From Octopus bimaculoides (taxonomy: Eukaryota), in assembly GCF_001194135.2 (NCBI RefSeq), contig NC_068984.1, positions 111,028,114 to 111,063,890 of the forward strand: a stretch of DNA of 35,777 bases, read 5' to 3'. The position numbers and the translations under genes are program-made. The notes beneath the pieces are model-generated. The model was not told where the DNA came from. It ran no database searches and saw only the letters and a list, made by a program, of their open reading frames with translations. Shown one piece after another: positions 23,291 to 35,509 of the stretch (the stretch's first letter is position 1; every line of letters starts with the position of its first letter).

Positions 23291-23645
23291 AAAAGAATTT
23301 TGTTCAAGTGATTTTTCCATGTACTGAGTTATAGTGAAGGAATATATGATAAAAGAAGGAAAATACACACAAATTATATATTCTTAATATATTTTAAAGG
23401 ATAGAATATAATGATAGTTAACCGGTTTCACATTTTTGCTAATCATGACATTGATATTGGTAAATGTATATATATATAAGTTAGTTGAGTTAGAGGTTAA
23501 AATAACCATCTAAGGAATAGAAGTATCCATTATACTACCTGTACATTACCTGTATTTAACCATGGGCATACATATGTAAACATATTATGTTCATAAGTTA
23601 TAGGTAAAGACAAAGATAAACATGGGTTTATCAGGAATCAAAATT

Positions 23646-23943
23646 TAAAGAAAACAGAAAATGGAGAGGTACTGATGAACAACAATTGACTTACATCAGT
23701 TATTATTTATTAGTTCAATGCAAATAGACTGCATCCCATCTAACAGCTGTTTCAGATCGGTTTTATTACCAAATATGATTAATATTTTCATATAATTTTG
23801 CATATCAGTGGCAATACCATACAACATTGGAAGCAGAAACAGCTGTTAGATGGGATGCAGTCTACTTCCATAGAATTAATAAATAATAATTGATGTAAGT
23901 CAATTGTTGTTCATCAGAAATTCTCCATTTTCTGTTTTCTTTA
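23646..23943. repeat. Inverted repeat, 108-bp arms (~93% identical), 82-nt spacer; PLE-terminus-like
   Basis: 23646-23753 versus the reverse complement of 23836-23943: 8 mismatches by hand. The inner ends carry GAAACAGCTGT. Confidence 0.92.
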
Positions 23944-23948
23944 TATAT

Positions 23949-23989
<41 letters not shown>

Positions 23990-24144
23990 AGAGAGAGAGA
24001 GAGAGAGAGAGAGAAAGAATAAGTTCAAATAGAACAATTCAAACTCTTTGAGGAGTCCAAAAAAGAGGAAATATTTCTAATAAATATTCACCATATCCAA
24101 AAAGATAGCCTGCTAGAGCAAGCTATTTAAATATGAAAATACCA

Positions 24145-24281
24145 AGTAGAGAGTTCGTTATAGGTATGTATAAGATAAAATCTTATATAAAACACTATAA
24201 ACAATTATAAAAATGGAGAAGAGGTGTTAAAAGTTTTAACATCTCCATTTTTATTATGCATGCCTATAACGAACTTTTACT
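24145..24281. repeat. Palindrome centred on 24233 with a ~35-nt insertion in the left arm
   Basis: agtagagagttcgttataggtatgtataa...aaaatggaga..gtgttaaaa-g-ttttaacatctccatttttattatgcatgcctataacgaacttttact. Confidence 0.85.
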
Positions 24282-24300
24282 ATATATATATATATAAATG

Positions 24301-24350
<50 letters not shown>

Positions 24351-24724
24351 AGTAATGATAATAATAATAACAATAATAATAATAATAATAATATGAAGAA
24401 GAAGAATAACAACAGATATAGATATATATGTCATAACATAACATGTCAATGGAAACGATGTCCACATAATGCTTGATACGTCTGTGTGGTGAATTTAAGA
24501 AGTCAGGGATCACTATAGAGAAACAATCAAAAGTAACCTGTACTCAAATACATCCCTAAGTACACTAAATATAAGGACAAAGCAGATGAAGGGATCTGCA
24601 GGAAAATAGTCTTGTTCCTTTCTCTTTGAAAGGACTTGAAATAGCATGGTAACCTAATGAAACAGTTAATAATTATATAGTTAGTGCTGCTAATCATTGA
24701 ATGAAGATCCTTATTTGCCTATAG

Positions 24725-24817
24725 TACTACATCACAGCTGGGGAGAAACTAGCTTGGAGGAGTTTAAGTGTTAACACATTTTTGACATGGTCAACTGCTT
24801 GGTACTTGCAGTTTGAT
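24725..24817 (+). CDS. Candidate internal exon (YYITAGEKLAWRSLSVNTFLTWSTAWYLQFD), phase 0-0
   Basis: gatccttatttgcctatag|TAC...GAT|gtgaga; 93-nt open frame, phase-compatible with 18356 and 35167. Confidence 0.25.
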
Positions 24818-24903
24818 GTGAGATGTCAAGATATTTGCTTTCAGTTCCATCCCAGTTTCATGGCTCAGTTTCAATCAATTCCCTATTTACACAAAGTGTT
24901 GAA

Positions 24904-24942
<39 letters not shown>

Positions 24943-25528
24943 ATATATATATAAATATATANNNNNNNNNNNNNNNNNNNNNNNNNNNNNNNNNNNNNNN
25001 NNNNNNNNNNNNNNNNNNNNNNNNNNNNNNNNNNNNNNNNNNNNNNNNNNNNNNNNNNNNNNNNNNNNNNNNNNNNNNNNNNNNNNNNNNNNNNNNNNNN
25101 NNNNNNNNNNNNNNNNNNNNNNNNNNNNNNNNNNNNNNNNNNNNNNNNNNNNNNNNNNNNNNNNNNNNNNNNNNNNNNNNNNNNNNNNNNNNNNNNNNNN
25201 NNNNNNNNNNNNNNNNNNNNNNNNNNNNNNNNNNNNNNNNNNNNNNNNNNNNNNNNNNNNNNNNNNNNNNNNNNNNNNNNNNNNNNNNNNNNNNNNNNNN
25301 NNNNNNNNNNNNNNNNNNNNNNNNNNNNNNNNNNNNNNNNNNNNNNNNNNNNNNNNNNNNNNNNNNNNNNNNNNNNNNNNNNNNNNNNNNNNNNNNNNNN
25401 NNNNNNNNNNNNNNNNNNNNNNNNNNNNNNNNNNNNNNNNNNNNNNNNNNNNNNNNNNNNNNNNNNNNNNNNNNNNNNNNNNNNNNNNNNNNNNNNNNNN
25501 NNNNNNNNNNNNNNNNNNNNNNNNNNNN

Positions 25529-25573
<45 letters not shown>

Positions 25574-26006
25574 CATATATATATATACACACACATACAT
25601 ACATACACATATATATGTGTGTGTGTTTATATATATATGTATGTATGTATGTAAGTAAGTATACACATATATATATATACATACATTTAATATGATAGTG
25701 TTTTTGGCTTTGTAAAATTCTAAATGGTTCACAAATTAATTTCACATAACCTTATATACTCTTGTCAGTATTTACTCATATATACTCATATGACTATATA
25801 TGTGCCCGTATTGAATATATAGAGTATGTATGTGTGTACTTAGACATACTGTGTGTGTATATATATATATATATATACACACTCATACATGCAAATATAT
25901 GGATGCATATGTGTGTATATAAGTATATGCATATACATACAAACATACATACATACATACATACATACAAACATATATAAATATATACATATACATATAC
26001 ACACAC

Positions 26007-26037
<31 letters not shown>

Positions 26038-26516
26038 TACACACTCACACAGACATATGCAAGCCTGGTTAAGTTTAAGGCAAATACGTCATAGTGAGCT
26101 AGTGTGTGCGTAAGTATATATATGTTTGCGTAGATCGGGCAGATATCTTTGTGCGAGTATGGCTATAAATTTGCCTGCTCGTATATATACCTGTAACTGT
26201 TAAAGTCATTACTAACTACATAATGAATTTCATAACTGTGTAACAGTTGAAGCTTGACATGTCTGTGGCTCCTTTTCTCTTTCTTCTCTTCTTCTTTCAT
26301 CTCTGCTTCCACTCGTTCTCTCTCCCCCTCCACCCTCCACCGTCCTCCCTCTCTCACTCTGTGTCTGCTGTCGTTCTCTTTCTTTCTCTGCTTCTTGCAT
26401 ACACGTTTGTGTCTATATACCTTACATACATATATGCACACACATACGGCATACATACATAAATATATATATATACGTGCACATATATATATATATATGC
26501 ATGTATATATATGTAT

Positions 26517-26580
<64 letters not shown>

Positions 26581-26919
26581 NNNNNNNNNNNNNNNNNNNN
26601 NNNNNNNNNNNNNNNNNNNNNNNNNNNNNNNNNNNNNNNNNNNNNNNNNNNNNNNNNNNNNNNNNNNNNNNNNNNNNNNNNNNNNNNNNNNNNNNNNNNN
26701 NNNNNNNNNNNNNNNNNNNNNNNNNNNNNNNNNNNNNNNNNNNNNNNNNNNNNNNNNNNNNNNNNNNNNNNNNNNNNNNNNNNNNNNNNNNNNNNNNNNN
26801 NNNNNNNNNNNNNNNNNNNNNNNNNNNNNNNNNNNNNNNNNNNNNNNNNNNNNNNNNNNNNNNNNNNNNNNNNNNNNNNNNNNNNNNNNNNNNNNNNNNN
26901 NNCATGTATATATATGTAT

Positions 26920-27011
<92 letters not shown>

Positions 27012-27134
27012 TATATATATATAAATACATAGATACACACATACACACACACACACGCACACATATTCATATATATGTGTTGACATATATACATATATAT
27101 ATACATGCATACATGTGTGTTGTGTGTGTGTGTT

Positions 27135-27184
<50 letters not shown>

Positions 27185-27479
27185 ACACATACACACATGT
27201 ACACATACTTTGAAGCACGCACTAACATAATATATCCATGCCATGATGAGCACAGGAAGAGCCAGAAACCTACCGGAAGCTTGTTTGGCAAATCATCAAA
27301 CCCAGTGAAAGAGACCAGCTTAGAAATAAGCTCGACTGGCGCTTTACTGTCATAATGACAAGTCTTTGATGGATATTACAGGTCTCTTATGTTCTAACTC
27401 ATATCATCTGTCATTCAAAAGATTTTTGCTGTGCTAAGATGGGAGGATGTGGCTTGAAATCAATGCTCTGTGGCATGAT

Positions 27480-27586
27480 GGTTGGTTAGTCGCTGGCTGG
27501 CTGGCTGTTTGGTTGGCTGGTTGGGTGGTTAGTTGCTTGGTTTATGACTTGCTGGTATGTTAATAGACAAATAGATAGATAGATAA

Positions 27587-27618
<32 letters not shown>

Positions 27619-27678
27619 GTAAAGAGATGGTAGGTAGATAGATAGGTAGAGAGAGAGGGAGAGAGAGATGGTAGATAG

Positions 27679-27711
<33 letters not shown>

Positions 27712-27858
27712 AAACGCGAGCAGCAGACAGACAGATGCATAAACATATAGCTAGGTAGTTAAATAGATAGATAAATGAATAGAGAATGAGAAAGCCTGAT
27801 AGATTGATAGCTAGATAGATAAATTGAATGATAGCTAAATAGATCGATAGCTAGATAT

Positions 27859-27892
<34 letters not shown>

Positions 27893-27982
27893 TGACTGAT
27901 AGACAGACAGACAGACATACAGACAGACAGACAGGCAGACAGACAGACACAGACGGACAGACAGACAGACAGTCATTCAGAC

Positions 27983-28033
<51 letters not shown>

Positions 28034-28200
28034 ACAGAACTAAATGGAACTGACACCCAATTCAATAGACAATTTTTGCATTACTGAGTTGATAGAATGA
28101 TTGGTGGTTTGACAGATACATATGTATATATCAATACATAGACAGAATCATAGATAGATAGATAGATTGATTGATTGATAGATAGATAGATAATGTTGAG
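27480..28200. repeat. Compound (GATA)n/(GACA)n/(GA)n/(GGTT)n microsatellite array
   Basis: Directly visible. Confidence 0.95.
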
Positions 28201-28704
28201 ACAGGCAGAACAGAGTTAAACAGAGCTGACACCCAATTCGAAAGATAACTGTCTACATTACTGTTGCCTATAAAGAATAAGACATCTTGCATCTATAGAG
28301 TGATGGTGAATGAACTGATAGGTCCCTAATCTGAATGTCCCTGTTTGTAGCCCTTTCATGCAACCAATTCCAAGAGAGAGTAAGAGAGAGACAGTGAGTG
28401 AAAAGAGAGAGGAGCAAGAGACGGAGTGACATTAACTGACCTTAATAATTGACTTGTGCTTCATGTGTTAACACCTAAGGGATGATAGACAAACAAGGCT
28501 ACAGCAAAGGGCTGAAGTAAATACTACCAGTCGTTCTCTAGACTATGCCAGTTCACCGCCTTAGAAGGAGAGGTAAACTAATATATAGCTAGAGAGCAAC
28601 AGACAGACTGTTTGTCTGTTTATGTGACTCGATTCATATGCGTATGTATAGGCATGTGTATTTATGAGTGTGTATACATACATGTGTATGTGTGTGTGTG
28701 TTTA

Positions 28705-28870
28705 GGCAGAGGTGTTGCTGTGTAGTAAGAAGTATGTTTCCCAACCACATGGTTGCAAGTTCAGTCCTACTTCATGGCATCTTGGGCAAGTGTCTTCAGC
28801 TATAGTGTGGGGTCAACCAAAGCCTTCTAAGTGGATTTGTATGATGGAAACTGAAAGAAGCTTGTCATAT
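28705..28870 (+). mobile_element. Family A SINE, 5' half
   Basis: ggcagaggtgttgctgtgtagtaagaag...catcttgggcaagtgtcttc...gaaactgaaagaagc. Confidence 0.8.
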
Positions 28871-28872
28871 AT

Positions 28873-28915
<43 letters not shown>

Positions 28916-28956
28916 TTGCAAGATTTTTGATGTGAAATCGTGTGTTGAAACAGATG

Positions 28957-29072
28957 TTGTTGTACTTGGGGATGGTCATATTGCAAGTAGCTGAAGCAAA
29001 TTAACACCAAATATACAGTGCGTGTGTTTTTATTGGCTAAACTGGCAATATGACCATCCCCAAGTACAACAA
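28957..29072. mobile_element. MITE-like element with perfect 28-bp inverted repeats and a 60-nt spacer
   Basis: ttgttgtacttggggatggtcatattgc (28957-28984) and gcaatatgaccatccccaagtacaacaa (29045-29072). Confidence 0.75.
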
Positions 29073-29102
29073 TATATATATATATATACATATAAATATG
29101 TA

Positions 29103-29155
<53 letters not shown>

Positions 29156-29158
<3 letters not shown>

Positions 29159-29445
29159 GGTGCATAGCTTAGTGGTTAGGGCATTGCACTTATGATTGCA
29201 AGATCATGAGTTTGATTTCCAGACCGGGCATAGCATTGTGTTCTTGAGCAAAGCATTCCATTTCACGCTGCTCTGCAATCATTTCAACATCTGACATGTG
29301 GCACCCATTGCACCTGTACAGGTAATGCCGATTTGATGGAGGGAGTGAGCTTATGTGAACACAAACATTTGATCACCATAAACAAATCATCTGAGTGGTT
29401 GATTGATAAGAAATTGTCGAACTCTCATATGTTGTCTAATAATGA
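29156..29445 (+). mobile_element. tRNA-headed SINE (B/E-type head, different 3' body)
   Basis: gaaggtgcatagcttagtggttaggg...gagtttgatttcc...gtgttcttgagcaaagcatt. Confidence 0.75.
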
Positions 29446-29509
29446 GAGAGTCCATCATATTTATATATACAAATCTAAATATATATATATACATATCCGG
29501 TTCATTAAT

Positions 29510-29578
29510 CCTCAGTCAAATCGTCCAACCCATGCTAGCATGGAAAGCGGATGTTAAACGGTGATGGTGATGATGATA
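29510..29578 (+). mobile_element. RTE-type 3' tail fragment
   Basis: cagtcaaatcgtccaacccatgctagcatggaaagcggatgttaaacggtgatggtgatgatg. Confidence 0.8.
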
Positions 29579-29774
29579 TTTACAATTTAAAAATAGAATA
29601 CGTACCAGACTTAATTAAAAAAGAGTGAGTAGTAGAGTTGATTTATTTGATTAAAATTCTCTAAACGGTAATGCCCCAAAATGGCCACAGTCTAATGACT
29701 GAAACAATTAAAAAGATAATATATATACATAAATACATACATATACACACACATATATATATATATGCATATAT

Positions 29775-29843
<69 letters not shown>

Positions 29844-30079
29844 ATGAATGACGGAAACAAAAAGATTCTTGCAAACACCATTTTCCTTTTCCCTTATTCA
29901 TTATAGACTCAATGGAGACTGCAGGATTCCTGACATAGATCCAGTGACAATTATATCATAACTGTGGATGACATTAGATAGCCTAAACAGTGTAAGAGCT
30001 TTAATCAGCATACTACTAACCATATACCCAAGGTCCAAATAACTGCTTATGTATGTGTGTGTGTGTGTGTGTGTGTGTG

Positions 30080-30470
30080 AATGTGGCTTTGTGGTAAAAA
30101 AATTTGCTTCTCGACTACATGGTTTCAAGTTCAAATCCTCTACATGTCACCTTGATGAAGTGTCATTTACTAACTTACTACAGCCCTGTGGACCAACCGA
30201 AGTCTTGTGAGAGTTGGAAGATAGAAATTGAAAGAAGCCCATTATGTGTGTGTGTTTGTGTGTGTGTTTATCCTACACCAATTCTTGACAAGCGGTAAGG
30301 GTTTATTTACTTTCTCATAACTTAATGGTTCAGCAAAAAGTAACTGATGAAATAAGTATCGGGCTCAAAAAAAACAAATGTACTCGGTTCAATTCATTCA
30401 ACCATATCCTTGAAGGCAGTACTCCAGCTTGGCCTCAGCCCATTGACTGAAACAGGTAAACAATAAAAGA
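30080..30470 (+). mobile_element. Degenerate family A SINE
   Basis: gtggctttgtggtaaaa...ctacatggtttcaagttcaaatcc...ttgactgaaacaggtaaa. Confidence 0.75.
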
Positions 30471-30489
30471 TATATATAAATTATTTTAT

Positions 30490-30885
30490 TCTTTTATTGT
30501 TTTACTTTTAAAAGTCATTTGACTGCAGCCATGCTGTAGCACCACCCTTAGTCGAAAAAATTGACCCCAGGACTTATTCATTGTCAGCCTAGTACTTATT
30601 CTATCGGTCTCTTTTTGCCGAACTGCTAATTTACAGGGATGTAAACATACCAACTTTGGTTGTTATATGATGGTGGGGGGGACAATCCCAGATACATCCA
30701 CACAAATATATGTATATGTATACATTTATATACAACAGGCTTCTTTCAGTTTCTGTCTACCAAATACACTCACAAGGCTTTAGCCAATCCAAAGCTATAG
30801 TAGAAGACACTTGCCCCAAGTGCCATGCATTGGGATTGAACTCAGAACAATTTGGCTGGGAACTCAGAACCATTTGGCTGTGTAT
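30490..30885 (-). mobile_element. Family A SINE, tail-to-tail with the previous copy
   Basis: agtcatttgactgcagccatgct...gaagacacttgccccaagtgccatgc. Confidence 0.85.
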
Positions 30886-31698
30886 TTGTGTTTGTATTTG
30901 CAATCAAGAGAAGAACTTACTCAAAACACACAGTAGTGCTTATTCATTTAGCTTGATGAATGAATACATTTATAAATAAAGGTGGGCATGTATTATTTAT
31001 ACACATATATCTATATCTATATCTATCTATCTATAAATATATATAAGACTAAATATATAACTATTTATATATTTAGTTCGTATGTATAAATAAATATAAA
31101 CAATTATATCGTAGACAAGTCGCGTTAACCATTTACAACTCACACATGTCATAATATTTAGTTCTGTTTTTATTTTGTGATAGTATTACATGTATATAGT
31201 AGAAAGTGTCAAAATATTTTGTAGTACATCTACAACCTGATCACAGACAGAATAATTTCACCACTTCATTTTGTGTCAGTACATGTACAACAAACCTTTT
31301 TGACATGCTATAGTGTATCATACCGTTACAAAATGATAAACAAAAGTAAACATAGAGGAGGTTTGGCAACGTCTAAATCAACACATGCTCTCCAATCATG
31401 TCATTTGTCAATTGAGAACACCTGTAAAATATATATTTGTGTATAAATATGTGTGTACATATATATGTGTATGAGTGTGTGCATGTGTGTGTGTGTGTGT
31501 GTGCGTGCGTGCATGTGTGTGTGTATGTATATCTATCGATTTATCTATACATACATATATATAAATATGCACACACATACACACACACACACACATATAT
31601 GTATGTACATATATATATATATTTTACTTTTTTTTTTTTTTTATAAATTGATTTTAATTGAGTTTTTTACCTGTAATTTTGGATTTTGTCCCTAATAT

Positions 31699-31755
<57 letters not shown>

Positions 31756-31794
31756 ATATAAATATGTATGTATATATTATATATATATATGTGT

Positions 31795-32204
<410 letters not shown>

Positions 32205-32477
32205 GCAAGGAAGAAAATGGAGAAGATAATTAGTTGACAAACATCAGCTTGATCTATTTATTAATTACAATCATATGAATAAATAATAGGAATAAACGAG
32301 TAAATATAACTCTACTCTTACAGCTGTTTCTACTTTAGAGGTCCAGCATGCCAAAGTTGACACATCATACCAAGCTTATACAACGATTGTACAAAAACTG
32401 AACAATTGGACAAACACTGAACAACAATTGGACAAAAACTGGACAAAAATTGATCCCTTAAGCTTCATCAGATCGAG

Positions 32478-32590
32478 GTCGATAAATTAAGTACCAGTTA
32501 TGCACTGAGGTCGATGTAATCGACTTAATCCGTTCGTCTGTTCTTGTTTGTTCCCCCTATGTTTAGCCCCTTGTGGGCAATAACGAAATA
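32478..32590 (+). mobile_element. Family C SINE 3' fragment inserted in the foldback left arm
   Basis: gaggtcgataaattaagtaccagttatgcactgaggtcgatgtaatcgacttaatcc...ccccttgtgggcaataacgaaata. Confidence 0.8.
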
Positions 32591-32738
32591 GGTAAGAATT
32601 AAACAAGTAAAAAAGTAAAATAAAATAATTAAAAAATGTAAAAATGTAAATTCCAAAATAATATCCAGAGGTTATGAGATCACAACCTCTGGGTATTATC
32701 TTGGAAATTTACTTTCTTGTTTAATTCTTACATTATGG

Positions 32739-33337
32739 ACTCTCTGATGAAGTTTTGGGGTTCGATTTTTGTCCAATCTTTGTTCAATTTTTATACAATT
32801 TTTGTCCAATTTTCATCCAATATTTGTTCAATTTTTACTCTTTTACTTGTTTCAGTCATTTGACTGTGGCCATGCTTGAGCATCGCCTCTTGTCGAGCAA
32901 CCCAACCCCAGGACTTATTCTTTGTAAGCCTAGTACTTATTCTATTGGTATCTTTTGCCAAACTGCTAAGTTATGCGGACATAAACACACCAGTATCGGT
33001 TGTCAAGCGATGTTGGGAGGGACAAACACAAACACACAAACATACATTTATATATATACATATATACGACAGGCTTCTTTCAGTTTCCGTCTACCAAATC
33101 CACTCACAAGGCTTTGGTTGGCCCGAGGCTATAGTAGAAGACACTTGCCCAAGATGCCACACAGTGGGACTGAACCTGGAACCATGTGGTTTGTAAGCAA
33201 GCTACTTACCACACAGCCACTCCTTGTTCAATTTTTGTCCAATTTTTGTTCAATTTTTGTACAATCTTTGTATAATCTTGGTATGATGTGTCAACTTTGA
33301 CATGCTGGACACCCAAAGTAGAAACAGCTGTAAGAGT
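32739..33337 (+). ncRNA. Disrupted minimal type-I hammerhead ribozyme (PLE-type)
   Basis: Stem I ACTCT (32739-43) / AGAGT (33333-37); core CTGATGA (32744-50); stem II GTTTTGGG / CCCAAAGT; GAAAC-AGCT-GT-A (33321-32). Loop II is expanded by an 11-nt repeat and a SINE, and there is an A.A mismatch at the base of stem II. Confidence 0.6.
32837..33223 (-). mobile_element. Young family A SINE inserted in the foldback right arm; possible 13-bp TSD
   Basis: Full-length copy flanked by ttgttcaattttt at 32824-32836 and 33224-33236. It sits inside a tandem repeat, so the TSD is uncertain. Confidence 0.9.
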
Positions 33338-33670
33338 AGAGTTATATTCACTCATTTATTCATGTGATAAGACGGTTGAAGAGAACAGATTTCTTGCTAT
33401 AGGAGTGCTACACAGGTACTAACATTTTGAAAGAGAGCTTGCAGGTGATCAAGGTAGTGCTGGAAAGAGATGCAATATAGTTGTGATGAGGTGTCGGAGT
33501 AGGGCCTCAGTGTACAAAGTGAGCAGAAATGTGTAGAGATATAAGAATTGGGTGTATGGATAGGTAGGAAGTTGCAAGAGGGAATAGAAGAATGAGCAAT
33601 GGAAAATCGTTGTACACACACAAACACACACATGTATTGTAGATATTTTATTGTTGCTGATAATCTTTTA

Positions 33671-34062
33671 TCTTTTACTTGTTTCAGTAATTAGGCAGTG
33701 GCCATGCTGGGGCATCACCTTGAATTTTTCAGTCAAATGAATTGACCCCAGTACTTATTTTTTAAGCCTGGTACTTATTCTATTGGTTCCTTTCACTGAA
33801 CCACTAAGTTACAAGGATGCAAACATGCTAACACCAGTTGCCAAGCAGTGGTGCAGGGACAAACACAGGCACAAAGTCACATACACATAGATATAGATAT
33901 ATACATATATATATACAATGGTCTTTCAGTTTCCATCTACCAAATCTAGTCACAAGGCTTTGGTTAGCCTGAAGTTATAGTAGAAGACACTTGCCCAAGG
34001 TGCCATGAAGTGGGACTGAACCTGGAACCATGTGGTTGAGAAGCAAACTTCTTACCACACAT
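33671..34062 (-). mobile_element. Family A SINE
   Basis: tcttttacttgtttcagtaattag...gaaccatgtggttgagaagcaaacttcttaccacac. Confidence 0.88.
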
Positions 34063-34619
34063 CTACATCTACACCCATTATATAAATCACACAGTTAAGA
34101 ACGAAATGTTTTGACAAGAAACTTTGGCCCATTACATACGCATTCAGCACTGGTAATGGATATATATCAAACAATTACTAATACACCTGCATATTTTTTT
34201 TTTATTTTGGCATACTAATTGCAACACATGTTACATCAAAGACATCTATGACATCACCAAATGATAGTAGGCAATGTGAAGGTGAGAAAGATGTTTGAGA
34301 GCAGTAAAGAATGATGACCAGTATATCAAGTTGTGATATGTTTGACATTGATCAAATAACTACGAAAACAAAGATTACAGGCTGTGACTTTAAATTCCAG
34401 TTATACTATGAAACAGCATAAGAACCGTTATTATTTCACTGTAGCAGACATATGTGATAATTTGATTGACAGACAGTTGCAATGACAGAATTCTTTTTTG
34501 AAACATCTGTTGTCTCCTTGTTGTTTTAAATTTCATTCTCATAATCGTTATTTAATATCCATTTTATGTACTGTAATGGGTTTCATGATTTGACAGGAAC
34601 CAATGAGACTGAGGACTAC

Positions 34620-34865
34620 ACCTGTATGCTTTGGTATAGTCTCTATGGTTGGATACCATTCCTAATGCCTTTTGTAATGGCAACCATTTTACAGAATGTA
34701 CTGGGTGTTTTGTATGTGGCACCAGCACCAGTAAGGTCACCAAATAACTGAGACGGGTGTGAGTATTGTGTGAGGTGGATTTATGCTAGGTTATAAGAGA
34801 ATAAAGTATGATAGAGTGACAGGAACAGGTGTTTGCAGTAGAAGAGATACGTGGCTACCCCAGTT
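34620..34865 (-). mobile_element. Family D-like repeat fragment
   Basis: ggttggataccattcctaatgcc...ccattttacagaatgtactgggtg...gtggcaccagcacc is the reverse complement of the 2620-2740 region. Confidence 0.6.
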
Positions 34866-35166
34866 GGAAAAGAAAAGAAGGTGGTGAAGAGATGTCAGGG
34901 CATACACTCAAGTCAGGTGACAAGGTATATGAAATTGTTTATGGTAAATGAAGCTTTATATAGAACTACATCTATTTTCTAGATAGAAAAACATTCCTCC
35001 TGGTAAACCATTCGTGATTGGCTTCAGCAGAAACTGAATAGTTATTGGGGTTCAGACTGGAATAGCCTGCTCCAAAGCATACATTCTGATAGTGAGGCAA
35101 AATCCATTGCCTCAAAAATAATCATAAAGCGTATTCATTCACCATTTCAAATATTTCTATGTTTAG

Positions 35167-35301
35167 TGCAAATATATTTTCAAACATACCCCAGTAAAAA
35201 TTACCAATCTACTCCTAGCATCTGATGGGATGAGCATGTCCTATGTACCTACAAACCTTGAAGTCATGTGGAACAGAGCCAAACTATTAGTGAGAATATA
35301 T
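35167..35301 (+). CDS. Candidate internal exon (CKYIFKHTPVKITNLLLASDGMSMSYVPTNLEVMWNRAKLLVRIY), phase 0-0
   Basis: atttcaaatatttctatgtttag|TGC...TAT|gtaagc; 135 nt, only one frame open, in-frame TAG immediately upstream. Product not recognised. Confidence 0.45.
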
Positions 35302-35465
35302 GTAAGCCCTACAAAATGTGTTCAGTACCACTTTCTTTCATTTGTCCACTCACTTGTATCCATCCCTCTATACATACACAAATAAATGTATAAATCTCTC
35401 TCCCCCTCTCTCTCTTTTATGTATGTGTGTATGTGTGTATATGTATATGTATATCTGCATATATA

Positions 35466-35499
<34 letters not shown>

Positions 35500-35509
35500 G
35501 TGTAGTATA

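Larger units (their letters stand above)
201..26901. other. Assembly gaps at 201-210, 4987-5353, 10443-10452, 17500-17599, 20946-20955, 24962-25528 and 26581-26901
   Basis: Runs of N, almost all bordered by microsatellites. Confidence 0.99.
32291..33360. mobile_element. Large foldback element of Penelope-like terminal repeats, interrupted by two SINE insertions
   Basis: Outer arms 32291-32479 versus 32742-32836 plus 33224-33360; inner arms 32592-32667 versus 32678-32731; centre loop at ~32668-32677. Confidence 0.8.

Noticed and set aside
33380-33610. Purine-rich segment as a LINE (L2/CR1) coding fragment
   Set aside because: Probably repeat-derived, but I could not find any diagnostic motif to assign it.
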